A stretch of DNA of 64,000 bases. Origin: Ignisphaera sp. GTDB taxonomy: Archaea > Thermoproteota > Thermoprotei_A > Sulfolobales > Ignisphaeraceae. Below the pieces are notes generated by a model. It ran no database searches. It worked only from the letters and a program-made list of their open reading frames with translations, and was not told where the DNA came from. Both the position numbers and the translations under genes were made by a program. The stretch's first letter is position 1. Every line of letters begins with the position of its first letter. Location: contig JAWAHS010000003.1 in assembly GCA_038889075.1 (NCBI GenBank), positions 17,564-81,563 on the forward strand. The letters run 5' to 3'. Shown one piece after another: positions 62,399-64,000 of the stretch.

Positions 62399-63337
62399 TT
62401 GCCATTAATTAGCACATCAAAAATAAAAGATGTCTCAGTCATTATTAAGAATCTTCCTATTAAACCATTGAATGTTTTCGATACATCGTTCTATCCAAGT
62501 GTAGATGAATCAATAGATAGGGTGCTCGCCTATTTTCTCATAATGGTCGCTATGGATCATAGACTTAGCAGACCTGATAAACCATACGAAGCTGAGATTG
62601 ATGGTCGGCTATATAGGGGAGCCGATCTTCTTTATCATCTTGGAATTAGAAAATTTGAAGAGGATCCCGAATTCTTTACGCCAGAGAGATTGGTATTTAT
62701 TACTCATGATGATGTTACTAAATGGCTTTCAGTAAAAGGTGTCTTTCCACCAGATCCTGAGTTAAGGGCATATCTTCTTAATGATATCGGTATAAAGAGC
62801 GTTAAATTATTCAATGGTGATTTTACTAAACTACTAGAGATCTCTGAAGGCTTTCTAAGAAGAAAGAATGGCAATGGTATTCTAGATCTTTTAAAAGTTT
62901 TTAAAGCTTATCAAGACCCTGTTGAAAAGAAATCTTATCTATTGATAAAGTTTTTAGTCTATAGAGGTTTATTTAATCCTTTAGATGAAGAGAATCTTAA
63001 CATAGCAGTAGACAACCATTTAACCAGAATAGCAATAAGGTTAGGATTAATTGAACTAGAGAATGAGTTCACTGAAAAAATCACTAAAAGAATAGAGGTT
63101 TCCCATGATGAAGATATCATAATTAGATTAAGTGTTAGGGAGGCATACAAATTGCTATCCAGATTTAGCAATGTTAACATCTTTCTATTAGATGATACAT
63201 TTTGGATGTTTGGAAGAAATATATGCACACGCGATAGTCCTAAATGCAAAGAATGTCCGTTCAAAGAGGTTTGTATGGCATATAGAAGTGGTGTTTACTT
63301 AGCTGAACATATATACATAAATACATGGTATTATTAG
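62399..63337 (+). CDS. HhH-GPD / Qng1-like glycosylase with C-terminal 4Fe-4S (FCL) motif
   Basis: DP..KK..L, NLNIAVDNH..R...RLG, IR..VREA, LDD..W..GR, C-X6-C-X2-C-X5-C; GGAGGGG SD. Confidence 0.72.
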   Translation: MPLISTSKIKDVSVIIKNLPIKPLNVFDTSFYPSVDESIDRVLAYFLIMVAMDHRLSRPDKPYEAEIDGRLYRGADLLYHLGIRKFEEDPEFFTPERLVFITHDDVTKWLSVKGVFPPDPELRAYLLNDIGIKSVKLFNGDFTKLLEISEGFLRRKNGNGILDLLKVFKAYQDPVEKKSYLLIKFLVYRGLFNPLDEENLNIAVDNHLTRIAIRLGLIELENEFTEKITKRIEVSHDEDIIIRLSVREAYKLLSRFSNVNIFLLDDTFWMFGRNICTRDSPKCKECPFKEVCMAYRSGVYLAEHIYINTWYY

Positions 63338-63528
63338 TTAATAATTAATTTGCAGTTATCATGCAAACGATTCATCATTACAGCTACAATCTTATACGCT
63401 AACAGTAAGCGGGTTTTCAGAAAATTTACTACAGAGTAGTATATAAGAATGGTAAATCGTACTACACTGAAATGGTAATAAGGATTTTATATGACGGACT
63501 ACAGATTTTGGACACATCGAACCCACCA

Positions 63529-63584
63529 TCAGACAAGGCTGAGATCCTCATCCCATCTAGGTTGGTGCCGCCTGAGTTCATCAT
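63529..63584 (-). ncRNA. Box C/D methylation guide sRNA
   Basis: C ATGATGA, long guide, degenerate D' (CTAGA), C' GGATGA, guide GGATCTCAGCCTTGT, D CTGA. Confidence 0.68.
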
Positions 63585-63643
63585 TCTAATATAGTAAAAG
63601 ATTAAGAAAATCTATATATATATCCTTATTGTTGTATATTATC

Positions 63644-64000
63644 TTATGCTGCTCTTTCTTCCCTAAAGTATATTTCACCTAAAGCTCTTGGTATACTCAA
63701 TTTCTTTTTTATAGGTGTTACCTGAATTAAAATGACTATAGCTATCGATACGATAAATGGCAACATATTTATTATAGCTGCAGGCACCCCATAAATTAAC
63801 TGTAGAATGTATATCGACGTGTAAAAGTAAACGAAGAGCACCGTTATTAATGAAGCTATTATAGGATGCCATGAGGATGCCATTGCCAGCGCAAGGGCTA
63901 GAAAACCGTTACCCATACCAGAATACGGTAACCATGCACCTCTATACATACTAATATAGATGTACGATCCAATAGCTATTAGTGTATAGCCAATTACTAA
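63644..64000 (-). CDS. Nucleoside/sugar ABC transporter permease (C-terminal part; runs off window end)
   Basis: G.GFLALA....W.P, MLPF, P.ALG..Y.RE.R terminus; frame open to 64000. Confidence 0.82.
   Translation of the reverse strand, partial: LVIGYTLIAIGSYIYISMYRGAWLPYSGMGNGFLALALAMASSWHPIIASLITVLFVYFYTSIYILQLIYGVPAAIINMLPFIVSIAIVILIQVTPIKKKLSIPRALGEIYFREERAA

Noticed and set aside
63358-63420. ATGATGA..ATGA on the minus strand
   Set aside because: Guide too short and partner boxes missing.

Overview
AT-rich archaeal chromosomal segment. Gene content, TATA/GGTG signals, the hisCGABFDEHI order, AGOG, RadA and numerous box C/D sRNAs point to Thermoprotei, probably Desulfurococcales (Ignisphaera-like); this placement is inference. 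The first ~17.5 kb holds an amino-acid ABC transporter, a branched-chain amino acid cluster (ilvB-ACT-ilvC, cimA, ilvD, leuAB; no leuCD) and a complete his operon. The rest is housekeeping or accessory: metG, mobB, RNase HI, a MoxR operon, an M20 peptidase, a metal/tetrapyrrole ABC transporter with fmdE, tRNA-Arg(CCT), nfo, a PPP phosphatase, NurA, archease, AGOG, nitrilase/nadE, radA, thrS, mvk, MEMO1 and others. I see no CRISPR array, transposase or provirus. Highlights: (1) seven intergenic box C/D guides plus an H/ACA-like hairpin whose pocket matches the tRNA T-arm (U54), with several guides converging on the T-arm; (2) a winged-helix protein fused to an apparently inactive dCTP-deaminase/dUTPase-like domain; (3) a Qng1 (queuosine salvage)-like glycosylase carrying an EndoIII-type 4Fe-4S loop; (4) a shared GTGCAC-N15-GTGTR operator on the convergent ABC-transporter and fmdE promoters; (5) two genes (cimA and an aldo-keto reductase) whose conserved N-termini lack an in-frame canonical start. 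All homology and RNA-target calls were made by eye and need computational confirmation.
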